In this document: piece by piece, positions 26,308-36,112 of the stretch | How the letters are laid out: every line of letters starts with the position of its first letter | Position numbering within the stretch: the stretch's first letter is position 1 | NCBI GenBank assembly: GCA_044225365.1 | Contig: JBGAIQ010000014.1 | Location: 1 to 64,000, forward strand | DNA from: Planctomycetota bacterium | GTDB lineage: Bacteria > Planctomycetota > B15-G4 > JADJEK01 | Length of the DNA stretch: 64,000 nucleotides | Direction: 5' to 3' | The notes under the pieces: generated by a model | What the model was told of the DNA's origin: nothing | The model's input: the letters and a program-made list of their open reading frames with translations, nothing else | Databases searched by the model: none | Position numbers and translations under genes: made by a program

Positions 26308-29300
26308 GTGGAAGACAGCACGCAAGACCTGGTTCGGCGAGTCGCGATCGTGCACCGCATGGCTCGTGATCTCGCCGGCAACGCGCACGAGGGCGAAGAC
26401 GCGGCGCAGGAGGCATTCGTCGCCGCGATCGAGAAGCCCCCGCGCGAATCGCGTTCGCTGCGAGCCTGGTTCGCGACGGTCTTGCGCCGGAAGATCCTGC
26501 GCTCGAAGCTCGAGCAGTCGTCGCGCCGCACGCGCGAGATGCATGCCGCCGGCACCGAAGAAGGCGCGGATCCCGGCGCGATCGCCGCCGAACGCGACCT
26601 CGTGAAGCTCGTCATCGACGCCGTGTACGACCTCGACGAGCCCTATCGTCGAACGATGCTGCTGCGTTACCTCGAGGATCGCGAGATCGCCGACGTCGCG
26701 CGCGAGCTCTCCGTTCCGAGCGAGACGGTCCGCACGCGGATCAAGCGCGGCCTCGATCGCGTGCGCGCGCGACTCGACCGTGAGCACCCGTCGCGTGCCG
26801 CGTGGCTCGTCCCACTCGTTCGAATCCAAGGGGCCATCGAGACCAGTGCAGTCGTCGGAACCACGATCGGTCTACGCATGGTCGTCGCGGCGGTCGCGGT
26901 GGCCGCAGCGCTCTTCTACGCGAGCGTTCACGAGTTCGATGGCCGCGCGCGCGGAACGGCGGTCCCGCTTCCTCCGCCAAAAGCCCCCGAGCTCGCGATC
27001 ACGGCGAATCCGCAGAGCGTGGAGCGCAACGAAGTCGAGCTGCCGAAGGACGCGGGCGAAGTACTCGATCCGCTCGCGGGTCGAATCGTCGATGCCTCGC
27101 ATCGCCCGATCCCGAACGCATCGCTGCGCCTGCTCCTCGGCGACCTGTCCGACGCGGGAGCCTCGACCTCGGCCCCGTTGCTCACTGCGAAGTGCGATGA
27201 CGACGGTCGCTTCTCCCTGCCCGGGATCTCCGGCCAGGACTACGTACTCGCGATCGAAGCGAAGGGCTTCTCCGCGCGCGTGGTGCCCGTGACGGGCCAT
27301 GCCGACCTCGGCGACGTGATGCTGCGCAAGAGCTTCGCGATCCACGGCGTCGTGCGGGACCTGAAGAACCGCCCGGTCGCGGGAGCTACGGTGAGGTTCA
27401 AGACGGTCCAGAGCGTCTTCTATCGCGAACTCTCGGCACAGAGCGCGAGCGACGGCTCGTATCGCATCGACGACGCGTCGGATCCCGCGAAGGATGCGAT
27501 CCGGAAGGACGCGTGGACCAGCAACTCCACGTCTCAATTCCTGGTCGAGCACTCGGCGTATGCGCCGCTCGAAGTGAACCTGTTCTCCCTCCTCGGATTC
27601 GACGAAGCCGGCGACCTGCGATTCGATCCGTTCCTGACGCGCGGCGCAACGCTCGTCGGAACCGCGATCGACGCGGAGACGCACGAAGGACTTCGCGGCG
27701 CGACGATCACGCTGCGGTCGATCGGTGCGGTCAACCTCATGAACGGCAGCCGATATCTGGAGTACCCGTTCAAGAACCAGGCGCTCGAGACGGCACAGAC
27801 CGACGATCTGGGCCGCTTCTCCATCGCGCGTATCCCGGCGTGGAGTGTCCAGGACATCGGAATGCACTCAGTGGGCGAAGGACAACGTCTCCTCGGCTCT
27901 CTGGACCTCGCGCTTCCCGGATTTGCCGCGATCGACGTGAACCATCTCGCCTCGCAGATCCGCGTCCCCGACGAAGGACAGACGATCGAGTTCGACATCA
28001 AGGCGCTGCCGACGGGCACGCTCCGCGGACGCGTCGTCGATGCGAACGGAAATCCGATCGAGGGCGCGGAGGTCGGAATCGGACTGGATGCGATCTCGGA
28101 CTCCGAGGGTCGCCTCATCGCAACGACACGATCGAGCGGATCGACGACCGACGCGTCGGGCGCGTTCGAGTTCTCCGTTGCGCTCCTGCGCAACCTCGAC
28201 TCGCGCGGCGAATTGTCGGTCAACGGCGAATCGATCGAACCGCGCACTCTTCCCGTCGAAGGCCTGCGCGCAAGCTCGATCCGCGACCTGGGCGAGATCG
28301 CGACGGCGCGGCGAACGAGTCGTCCTCCGCTCGCGCGTCTGCTCGTCACCGACGAAGGCGGGCGCCCGGTGGCGCGGGCGCGGGTCGAGGTCCTCGCCGT
28401 CGACAACGAAACGAACTTCGATGGCCCGGACGCGTGCACGCTGAGGACCGATTCGGCCGGTGAAGCGGTGATGACGTCGATGCGCAACGACCTCGTCGAT
28501 CCTCTCCTGAAGGCGCGAGTCATCGCGAGCGGATTCGAGACGAAGTACTCCGGAGTGTTCAGGGCCGGGGTCGAGAAGCCACCGACCATTCGGGTCGCGC
28601 TCGCGCCTTTGCGAAATCTCTCGCTCGATGTCGAACCCGCCAAGGTGAAGAGTCCGCTCGCGGCCACCATCGAGGTGACGGTGCTCGATGCGACGACGAG
28701 CGAACCGATCGTGCACGTTCATCACCTGTCGGCGAGCGACGGACATGGTCACGGCTGCGACGGCGTCGAGATCTCGCCCGGGGTCTATCGGCTCTCTCCC
28801 ACCGCGCTCGGAGAGTGGTCGCTCTACGTTCGAGTCGAAGGGTTTGCCGCGCACGCGCGACAGACCGTCGTCCTCGACAGCATGGACGCCGTCGTTCCGG
28901 TGACGATTCGCCTCGAACGCGGCGCGAAGCTGCGCGTCCACGTCACCGCGAGCGACGGCAGCCATCTTGCGGGAAACGACGTGTGGCTCGCCCCGCTCTC
29001 GTCCGGGCGGACGCAGACTGCGAAACTCGACGCGAACCAGCGTTTCGAGGCGAGCGGTTTCCGCGCGGGTGAACGCTACGAACTCACGATCGCCGCTTTC
29101 CCGAGCATGAAGTGGTTCACACCGGCGAACAAGTCGCCGATCGTCATTCCCACCACTTGCGAACAAGACCTCGAGGTCCGCGTCGTGCCGAGCGGCTACG
29201 CCTTCGTGACGTCGACGGACCCGCGTCTCGGCATGCCCAGTTCGATCGGGGGAGAGAACGCGGCGATGAAGGAGTTCGATTCGAAGAGCTTCCTCGCCGT

Positions 29301-29481
29301 TCGCGACTCTTCGGGCAACGAGGTCGTTCGGCACGCCTTGTCCCCCTGCACGGGCATCCCGGTCATGATCCCGTACGGCACGTACGTGTTCCGCCTCGAA
29401 GTCTTCGGCGATGCACCGAAGGAGAAGACGATCACGATCGACCGCTCGGACCAGACGAACGTCGAGTTCGACGTCGATTGA
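26308..29481 (+). CDS. ECF sigma factor fused through a TM helix to carboxypeptidase-regulatory-like (Cna-B type) repeats
   Basis: GEDAAQEAF, LRAWF, region 4 VPSETVRTRIKRGL, TM VVAAVAVAAALFY, repeated G.V.D..G.P..GA.V...TD..G.F modules. GGAG RBS before GTG 26308. Confidence 0.88.
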   Translation: MEDSTQDLVRRVAIVHRMARDLAGNAHEGEDAAQEAFVAAIEKPPRESRSLRAWFATVLRRKILRSKLEQSSRRTREMHAAGTEEGADPGAIAAERDLVKLVIDAVYDLDEPYRRTMLLRYLEDREIADVARELSVPSETVRTRIKRGLDRVRARLDREHPSRAAWLVPLVRIQGAIETSAVVGTTIGLRMVVAAVAVAAALFYASVHEFDGRARGTAVPLPPPKAPELAITANPQSVERNEVELPKDAGEVLDPLAGRIVDASHRPIPNASLRLLLGDLSDAGASTSAPLLTAKCDDDGRFSLPGISGQDYVLAIEAKGFSARVVPVTGHADLGDVMLRKSFAIHGVVRDLKNRPVAGATVRFKTVQSVFYRELSAQSASDGSYRIDDASDPAKDAIRKDAWTSNSTSQFLVEHSAYAPLEVNLFSLLGFDEAGDLRFDPFLTRGATLVGTAIDAETHEGLRGATITLRSIGAVNLMNGSRYLEYPFKNQALETAQTDDLGRFSIARIPAWSVQDIGMHSVGEGQRLLGSLDLALPGFAAIDVNHLASQIRVPDEGQTIEFDIKALPTGTLRGRVVDANGNPIEGAEVGIGLDAISDSEGRLIATTRSSGSTTDASGAFEFSVALLRNLDSRGELSVNGESIEPRTLPVEGLRASSIRDLGEIATARRTSRPPLARLLVTDEGGRPVARARVEVLAVDNETNFDGPDACTLRTDSAGEAVMTSMRNDLVDPLLKARVIASGFETKYSGVFRAGVEKPPTIRVALAPLRNLSLDVEPAKVKSPLAATIEVTVLDATTSEPIVHVHHLSASDGHGHGCDGVEISPGVYRLSPTALGEWSLYVRVEGFAAHARQTVVLDSMDAVVPVTIRLERGAKLRVHVTASDGSHLAGNDVWLAPLSSGRTQTAKLDANQRFEASGFRAGERYELTIAAFPSMKWFTPANKSPIVIPTTCEQDLEVRVVPSGYAFVTSTDPRLGMPSSIGGENAAMKEFDSKSFLAVRDSSGNEVVRHALSPCTGIPVMIPYGTYVFRLEVFGDAPKEKTITIDRSDQTNVEFDVD

Positions 29482-29555
29482 CCCTCCTGGTCGCCCTCGC
29501 GACGGCGTGATACTCTGGCGCTTCGTTCCGTCATCCCCGTTCGCATGAGGCCAGG

Positions 29556-31238
29556 ATGCTGTTCGTCCCCACCCTCGTTCTGTTCGCTCTCGCCACGGCC
29601 GACGACGCACCTGCCGCGAAGGTCGACTTCGCGAAGGACATCCAGCCGATCCTCGAAGGTCGCTGCATCGAGTGCCACGGGCCGAAGAAGGCGAAGGGAC
29701 GATTGCGGCTCGATCAGAAGGACTCGGTCTTCCATCCGCCCGGCAACAAGAAGCCCCGTATCGTTCCCGGCAAACCGGATCAGTCGTCGCTCTTCAAGCT
29801 CGTGACGCTCCCGAAGGACGATCCCGACGTGATGCCCGCCGAGGGCGAGAAGCTGACGAACGACCAGATCGCGCTGCTGAAGGCGTGGATCGAGCAAGGA
29901 GCCGTCTGGCCGGACGCGGCGGCGACTCCCGATTCGGCGGGCAAGCCGGCGACTGCGCCGGAGACGAAGACGCCCGAGGGCGCTCCGCCGGCTCATCCGG
30001 ACGATCTCGGCCTGCATCCCCTCAGCGACGCCGAGCGCGCCGCCGAGGACGCAGCGATGGCCAAGATCTCGGAGCGCGGTGGACTCGCGCTCAAGATCGC
30101 TTCGAACAGCGCCGCGGTCGAGGTGAACTTCAGTCTGCTCGGCGCCGACGTCAAGGACGGTGATCTCGCGCTCCTGTCGGGCGTCCAGCACGATCTCATC
30201 TGGCTCAACCTCGCGCGCACGAGCGTCACCGATGCCGGACTCGCGGCGCTCGCGAACCTGAAGGAACTGCGTCGCCTCAATCTCTCGAACACGAAGATCG
30301 GCGACGCCGGCCTCGCCGCGCTGCTCGGCTTCTCGAACCTCGAATACCTGAATCTCTACGGCACCGGTGTCACCGATGCCGGAATCGCTGCGCTCGCGAA
30401 GCTGCCGAAATTGCGCGATCTCTACGTCTGGCAGACGGCCGTCACGGATGCCGGAGCGAAGGCGCTCGTCGGCGCGAACTCGAAGCTACGCGTCGATCGC
30501 GGCGTGTACGAGCCGGCGAAGTCCGAACCGATCGCGGAGCTCGTCAAGCCCGCGCCGATCAACAAGACCTGTCCCGTCTCCGGCAAACCGGTCGACGCCA
30601 ACGTCACCTCGACGGTCGACGATCAAGTGATCGCATTCTGCTGCGCCAACTGCAAAGCCGAGTTCGACAAGAATCCGCAGGCCCTGCTCGGGAAGATCGC
30701 GGAGTTCAAGCCCAAGGGCGCCCCCGCGGCACAGGCGGCCGCAACGGTCGCCCTCGCCTCGGACGAGTTCTTCGCGGGCAAGCTCACGGATCTCGACGGC
30801 AAGGAAGTCGACCTCGCGAAGTACAAGGGCAAGGTCGTGCTCGTCGTGAACACCGCGAGCACGGGCCGCTACGCGGGTCAGTTCAGAGGGCTCCAGCAGA
30901 TCTACGCCGACTATCAGGGCAAGGGCTTCGAGATCCTCGCGTTCCCGAGCAACGACTTCGGCAATCAGGAACTCGGCGATGCGAAGGCGATTTCGGATTT
31001 CGCCCGGCGTCAATTCGGTGCGCAGTTCACGCTCCTGTCGAAGACGAGCTTGAAATCGGATTCACCGCACAGCGCTTGGCTCGGGAAGATCGGCAACGCC
31101 GGTGGCGGATTGCCGACGTGGAACTTCACGAAGTATCTCGTCGCCAAGGACGGCAAGACCGTTCAACGATTCCTCCCGAAGGTGACCCCCGACGGCGCCG
31201 AGATGCGCGCGGCGATCGAGCAAGCGCTCGCGCGCTGA
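29556..31238 (+). CDS. Secreted fusion: planctomycete cytochrome c + LRR + YHS-like + glutathione-peroxidase-like domain
   Basis: VDFAKDIQPILEGRCIECHG..MP..WIEQGA; LxxLNLxxTxVTDAG repeats; CPVSG...FCCANC; YKGKVVLVVNTAS..FPSNDFGNQE..WNFTKYLV. Confidence 0.9.
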   Translation: MLFVPTLVLFALATADDAPAAKVDFAKDIQPILEGRCIECHGPKKAKGRLRLDQKDSVFHPPGNKKPRIVPGKPDQSSLFKLVTLPKDDPDVMPAEGEKLTNDQIALLKAWIEQGAVWPDAAATPDSAGKPATAPETKTPEGAPPAHPDDLGLHPLSDAERAAEDAAMAKISERGGLALKIASNSAAVEVNFSLLGADVKDGDLALLSGVQHDLIWLNLARTSVTDAGLAALANLKELRRLNLSNTKIGDAGLAALLGFSNLEYLNLYGTGVTDAGIAALAKLPKLRDLYVWQTAVTDAGAKALVGANSKLRVDRGVYEPAKSEPIAELVKPAPINKTCPVSGKPVDANVTSTVDDQVIAFCCANCKAEFDKNPQALLGKIAEFKPKGAPAAQAAATVALASDEFFAGKLTDLDGKEVDLAKYKGKVVLVVNTASTGRYAGQFRGLQQIYADYQGKGFEILAFPSNDFGNQELGDAKAISDFARRQFGAQFTLLSKTSLKSDSPHSAWLGKIGNAGGGLPTWNFTKYLVAKDGKTVQRFLPKVTPDGAEMRAAIEQALAR

Positions 31239-31266
31239 CGCTCGCAACGATAATTTCCTTCCGCGC

Positions 31267-31345
31267 TGGGACCGCCGGGCTCCAGCCCGGCACTTCTCCC
31301 TCGAGCAGCGTCCATCCGGAGCCGGGCGCACGCCCGCCGGTCCCA
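31267..31345. repeat. Inverted pair of 25-nt REP-like palindromes (REPIN-like)
   Basis: tgggaccgccgggctccagcccggc (31267-31291) and the reverse complement of 31321-31345 match at 20/25 positions. Each carries an internal hairpin. Confidence 0.65.
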
Positions 31346-31485
31346 CGAACATCCCCACGATCGCGGTCTCGCTTTTCTTAAATCTTGGTCATTCGCCGCG
31401 TGCGGAAATCGCACGTCGGCGCTTCCCACGACCCCGCCTCTTGCTGCAAAATGCCGGGTCAACGTCCACGTTCGAGGTGAATGAG

Positions 31486-33042
31486 ATGGCGAACGGTCGA
31501 CAGGTCCTCGTTGCAGTCGTTCTCGCGGTCGCAGGCGGCGGAATCGCCGCGAAACACTTCTACATCGACAACCCTCCCGCGCGCGTCGCGAAGGCGCTCG
31601 CCGAGACGTTCCCGGTGCACACGGCGGACTCGGCGGCGAGTGACGTCGCGATCTACACGCACCCGTCGGATCCTGCGAAGAGCCTGATCCTCGCCACCGA
31701 CCGGCGCAAGGGAATCGCGATCTACGACCTGAAAGGCAGCGAAGTCGACTTCGACGCGATCGGCACGGTCACGGACATCGACCTCCGCTCCAACGTCAAG
31801 CTCGGCGATCGCGAGATCACGCTCGTCGCCGTCGCGGCGGGCGACAAGAAGGACCTCCAACTCTTCGAACTGAAGAACGAGAAGCCCTATCTCCATGCGC
31901 TCGACGGGGGCTCCTTCCATCACGACGACATCCAGGCCGACGACGTCTGCCTGTATCGGAATCCCAAGACCGGCGAGGCGTCGGTCTACCTGATCGGGCG
32001 TGAGCGCGACGTCGTCGCGGAAGCGAAAGCCGGCCTCGCCCAGCTCAAGAAACTCGCGACGCTGACCTCGAGCGAGTCGGACAAGAAGAGCAAGAAGGAC
32101 GAGAAGAAGGAGAACAAGGTCGTGGCCCCCGTGGGCGACGTGCCGCCTGCGCCTACGACGTCGAATCCGACGTCCGAACCGACGACTACGCCCGCGCCTG
32201 CAGCGGGCGAGAAGTCCGAGCCGGCGAAGACCGAGGGCGCGGAGAAGTCGGACAAGAAGAAGCACAAGGACGGCTCCTCCTCCGAATCGGACGCTGCGAA
32301 GTCGTCGAAGAAGGAGAAGAACGCCGAGCACGCCAAGGCGGACTCGCACGCGAAGAACGACAAGAAGAGCGAGAAGAAGGACAAGAAGGCGCAGGAGTCG
32401 ACGAAGCTCTCTCCTGAGGCCGAGAAGCTCGCGAAGATCGCGACGAGCAAGGACAACGAGAAGAAGGCGCGCGGCGTGTTCGCCGTTCAGATGCGCCTCG
32501 GCGTCGGAAGCGACAACGCGCTCGCGTTGACCGAATCTCGCCGCATCAAGCTCGAAGGCAAGTCGGAAGGTTCCGTCGTCGACGACGAGAACGGCACGCT
32601 CTTCGTCTCCGAGGCGAAGAAAGGCATCTGGAAATTCCAGGCCGATGGCGGCAAGGACACCGTCGATGTCGGAACCCTGATCTGCAAGGTTGGCTTCCCG
32701 AATCCGCTGCGTCCGGATGTCGAAGGGATCGCGCTCTATCGCGGCGAGAACGGCGCGGGATATCTCGTCGCCGCATCCGAAGGCAGCAAGGACTTCGTCG
32801 TGTTGAAGCGCGCGGCACCCTACGAATACGTCGGTCGCTTCAAGATCGAAGGCAACGGCACGGTCGACGCCGTCGACGACTCCGGCGGACTCGCGGTCGC
32901 GAGTGGCAATTTCGGCGGCGAACTCGGCAGCGGTGTCGTCGTCCTGCAGGACGAGAAGAACGAGAACGCGTCGGGCGGCGTCGAGAACCAGAACTTCAAG
33001 ATCGTGCCCTGGTCCGAGGTCGCGAAGACGCTCCAGCCGTGA
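31486..33042 (+). CDS. Beta-propeller phytase-like protein with a low-complexity insertion
   Basis: AIYTHPSDPAKSLILATD..G..IYDL.G, EGSVVDDE, DVEGIALY..GYLVAAS.G, QNFKIVPW. K/E/S/A/P-rich insert at about 32010-32475. Confidence 0.85.
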   Translation: MANGRQVLVAVVLAVAGGGIAAKHFYIDNPPARVAKALAETFPVHTADSAASDVAIYTHPSDPAKSLILATDRRKGIAIYDLKGSEVDFDAIGTVTDIDLRSNVKLGDREITLVAVAAGDKKDLQLFELKNEKPYLHALDGGSFHHDDIQADDVCLYRNPKTGEASVYLIGRERDVVAEAKAGLAQLKKLATLTSSESDKKSKKDEKKENKVVAPVGDVPPAPTTSNPTSEPTTTPAPAAGEKSEPAKTEGAEKSDKKKHKDGSSSESDAAKSSKKEKNAEHAKADSHAKNDKKSEKKDKKAQESTKLSPEAEKLAKIATSKDNEKKARGVFAVQMRLGVGSDNALALTESRRIKLEGKSEGSVVDDENGTLFVSEAKKGIWKFQADGGKDTVDVGTLICKVGFPNPLRPDVEGIALYRGENGAGYLVAASEGSKDFVVLKRAAPYEYVGRFKIEGNGTVDAVDDSGGLAVASGNFGGELGSGVVVLQDEKNENASGGVENQNFKIVPWSEVAKTLQP

Positions 33043-33070
33043 CGATCTCGCGATCACGCAAAGGCGCGGT

Positions 33071-33319
33071 ATGACGTTCGGCGCCAGCATGGGATACGGT
33101 CACGGCGATCCGACGATCCCATCGGCCTGCGTGCGAGCGCACGCGGAAGCGATCGAACGCGGGCAGCGCTTCTATCTCGACCCGGCCTCGGGCATGTACG
33201 TCATGACGACGCTGAAGCTCCTCGAGAACGGCGGTTGCTGCGGCACCGGTTGTCGCCATTGCCCCTATCCCGGGCCCGCCCAGCGGCGCGCGGGGCGACC
33301 GGTCTGCCGACCGCAGTGA
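33071..33319 (+). CDS. DUF5522-like small Cys-rich protein
   Basis: H..A...G...YLDPASG.YVMT...L...G.CCGTGCRHCPY. Start 33071 or 33089. Confidence 0.8.
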   Translation: MTFGASMGYGHGDPTIPSACVRAHAEAIERGQRFYLDPASGMYVMTTLKLLENGGCCGTGCRHCPYPGPAQRRAGRPVCRPQ

Positions 33320-33409
33320 GCGGCGATTCCGGTGCGGGGATCCTCGGCCCTTTTCGCGTGAATGGAAAAAGCGAGGTATGATCCTCTCCGCTCATCACGG
33401 AGTGCACGC

Positions 33410-33919
33410 ATGAATCGCAGGTTGTTCGTTTCGCTGGGTCTCGTCTGCGCCGTCCTTGGGTGGAGCGGCTGCAGCAAGAATGAAGAGAAGTCCGCCGCCG
33501 GCGCGCAGGGCAAAGCTCCCGGCGCTCCGAAGAGCGCGGACGCGGGGAAGCCGCCGGCGCCGAAAGCCCCCGTCAAGCCCCAGGGGCCGCTGCAGTCGGT
33601 CACGGGCACGCGCACGGCGCGACTCGAAGTGAACCCGACGGGGCGATTCTTCATCACCGTTCTCGCGGCGAATCGGCGCGACCCCGAGCCCATCGACGCC
33701 AAGGAACTCGACTGCTCGCTGATGCGCGCCGGCACGAACGAAGGCCTGAAGCTCACGCCGAAGCCGCTCGACACCGAGAAGGACGGCAAGTGCTCGCGCT
33801 ACACCGGATTCTCGAAGCTGCTGCTCGACGGCAAACCGATCGAGGTCGTCGTCAAGTTCCCCGAAGGGGAGAAGAAGATGGCGAGCTTCAAGGTCCCCGA
33901 GAACTACAAGTCGTACTGA
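33410..33919 (+). CDS. Hypothetical lipoprotein
   Basis: GGAG RBS, MNRRLFVSLGLVCAVLGWSGC lipobox, Ala/Pro/Lys linker, then a globular domain. Confidence 0.8.
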   Translation: MNRRLFVSLGLVCAVLGWSGCSKNEEKSAAGAQGKAPGAPKSADAGKPPAPKAPVKPQGPLQSVTGTRTARLEVNPTGRFFITVLAANRRDPEPIDAKELDCSLMRAGTNEGLKLTPKPLDTEKDGKCSRYTGFSKLLLDGKPIEVVVKFPEGEKKMASFKVPENYKSY

Positions 33920-33922
33920 ACC

Positions 33923-36112
33923 TCAGCGAGGGGCTGCGAACTCTCGCAACCGAATCTCGAGCGCGAGGGTGATGAGCGCGGTCGTCGTCACGGGATGGTC
34001 GCCGCCGAAGGAGCCGGCTTCGGCTCCGTCGCGTCGTTGCTCGATCAAAGCGTTCTCGAGCGCAAGGGACACCCACGCATCGTGGGAGGACAACTTCCGC
34101 TGATGCCGAGCGAGAGTCGCGAAGTAGATCGATCGCGCGGAGCGAACTTCGTTCGGATGGGGCACGGCGAGATCACTGCTGATCGCGCTCTCTGGTGACT
34201 TCTCTCTCGCCATCAGGAACATCTCGATGCACTCCGCCGCGAAGGCGCGAGATGCCGCGCTCTCGGCGTCGTCGTCGGAGTTCGCGGCCTCCTTCAACGA
34301 CGCGAGAACGAGTTCATCGATCGACGTGTCGTAGACGACTCCGGCGTGTTTCGCCGAGCGCAAGGCAACACTCGACCAGAATCGGAACTCGATCGTCGAC
34401 TCGGAAACCGTTCGCGGATTCCTCCACTCCTCGATGAGTCGCCCCAGAGCGCGCTCGAGTACGAGCAACGACTCGGCGCGTGCCTTTTCGGGCGGACTCT
34501 TCATGGTGAGACCCGCGTACTCGGCAAGCGCGGCCACCACGAGGGCCGTGGCGACGCCATGATCCGCATTGTCGCTCGACGCGGCGTGCCGCGTCAGGAA
34601 CGCGATCGACTTCTCGACATCCAAGGAAGGTTCGCCCGATCCCATCAGTGCGAGGGTAGCGATTGCGGATTCCTCGATGTCGCCGAACGAACCATCCGCG
34701 CGCTGTTGGCGCTGCAGGTATTCCCTTCCGGATCGCACCCGGCGACGAATCTCGTCCTCTTTGTCCGAGATCCAACCGGCAAACGTGACGTGCGACGCTC
34801 CCGCCTCACGCAGGCACTCCAAGATCGTTTGGACCGCGCGATAGGGCGCCGCTTCCTGTACGTGGAGATCGACCACGGCCGTCCCGTCCTTCGTCATCGA
34901 GTCCTTCGCGGCACCGGACACTTCATCGATGGTGACCGATTTGCCGTGCAGGTAGGCCTGGCTCGAGGCGTCGATCAGGAGAGTGAGTCCCGGCGCCTTC
35001 GTGCCGGACTGGAGTTCGACGCTCTGTCTCGCCTCGGATCTCGCAAACGGAAGCAATGCGAGACCGACGATCAGCACGAGACACGCCTGGAACACCGTGC
35101 GAATCACTCCGGACCTGTGCTCGGACAGGACTCGCGCGAATCGACGGACGAGACCGTGCCGTCCGCCATGCATCGGCGAGGCCGCTGCGAGCGAGAGGTT
35201 GCTCCACCGATCGGACGATCGTTGCGCGATGCGAGCGACCTCGAGAAGCACCGAGCAGTACGAGGACGCCGACACGGAGCGACGCGCGATCACTTCGTCG
35301 TCGCACCAGTCTTCCTGGATTCGTCGCGTCTCTCGCAGGAGCCACCACGCGAGCGGATGGAACCACCAGATCGCGGTGATCGCGAGCGCGAGAAGATTCG
35401 CGGCGTAGTCTCGATGGCGAAGATGGGTCGACTCGTGCGCGAGGACGATGTCGAGTCCCCGACGGTCGAGAGAGTCCTTCAGACCCATGGGAAGAAGGAT
35501 CGTCCTTGGAGAGAAACCGTAGGCGAGCGGTCCTCGGACATTCGCGCACTCGAGGATTCGCGTGTTCCCGTCGAACCCGAGTCGGGTTCCGGAGCGGGCG
35601 ATCCGTTCCAGCCGAACACGGTCCTTCACCGACGCGAGCACGACCCCCAATGCCCCAAGGACATGGAACATCATCCACCACGACGTAGTTTCCGATTCGC
35701 GCGAATCGTCGTCCGATGTTCGCCGAGCGTCCACGGATGCCACGGCGCCCGCCGCATTCTCTTGATGTGAGTCAAAGCCCGCGACTTCGTCCTCCCACAT
35801 CGCGAGCGACGAGAATCGTCGCATCGCCGACGCATTCGTTCCTACGGGCTTCGCATCTCGATCCACGCCGAGAATCCGCTCGAGGCCCGATCCACCCTCT
35901 TCCGCCGCCACGAACACGCTCGTCCCGGCCGTGAAGGACGGCGGAAGCACGAACTTGAGCCACGCGATCGCCATCAGCGCGTAGCGCAATCGCGGGTCGG
36001 CGCGACGAAGCAGATGGAGAGCCACCAGCACCACGAGCGCGACGATCGTGGCCTGCACACCGACTCGCGTGACCCAATGCGACCACGTCGCCGCGCAATT
36101 CGAGAGCGTCAT
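33923..36112 (-). CDS. BlaR1/M56 peptidase fused to an ExbD-like domain and a prenyltransferase/squalene-cyclase-like helical domain
   Basis: LAHESTHLRHRD, WWFHPLAW, EDWCDD; LLIDASSQAYLHG..APYRAVQTILECLREAG; EYLQRQQRADGSF, QRRDG.EAGSF..TTALITLALE. Confidence 0.88.
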   Translation of the reverse strand: MTLSNCAATWSHWVTRVGVQATIVALVVLVALHLLRRADPRLRYALMAIAWLKFVLPPSFTAGTSVFVAAEEGGSGLERILGVDRDAKPVGTNASAMRRFSSLAMWEDEVAGFDSHQENAAGAVASVDARRTSDDDSRESETTSWWMMFHVLGALGVVLASVKDRVRLERIARSGTRLGFDGNTRILECANVRGPLAYGFSPRTILLPMGLKDSLDRRGLDIVLAHESTHLRHRDYAANLLALAITAIWWFHPLAWWLLRETRRIQEDWCDDEVIARRSVSASSYCSVLLEVARIAQRSSDRWSNLSLAAASPMHGGRHGLVRRFARVLSEHRSGVIRTVFQACLVLIVGLALLPFARSEARQSVELQSGTKAPGLTLLIDASSQAYLHGKSVTIDEVSGAAKDSMTKDGTAVVDLHVQEAAPYRAVQTILECLREAGASHVTFAGWISDKEDEIRRRVRSGREYLQRQQRADGSFGDIEESAIATLALMGSGEPSLDVEKSIAFLTRHAASSDNADHGVATALVVAALAEYAGLTMKSPPEKARAESLLVLERALGRLIEEWRNPRTVSESTIEFRFWSSVALRSAKHAGVVYDTSIDELVLASLKEAANSDDDAESAASRAFAAECIEMFLMAREKSPESAISSDLAVPHPNEVRSARSIYFATLARHQRKLSSHDAWVSLALENALIEQRRDGAEAGSFGGDHPVTTTALITLALEIRLREFAAPR

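Noticed and set aside
30840-30890. Selenocysteine in the GPx-like domain
   Set aside because: No in-frame TGA. The active-site position is encoded as Thr-Gly-Arg.
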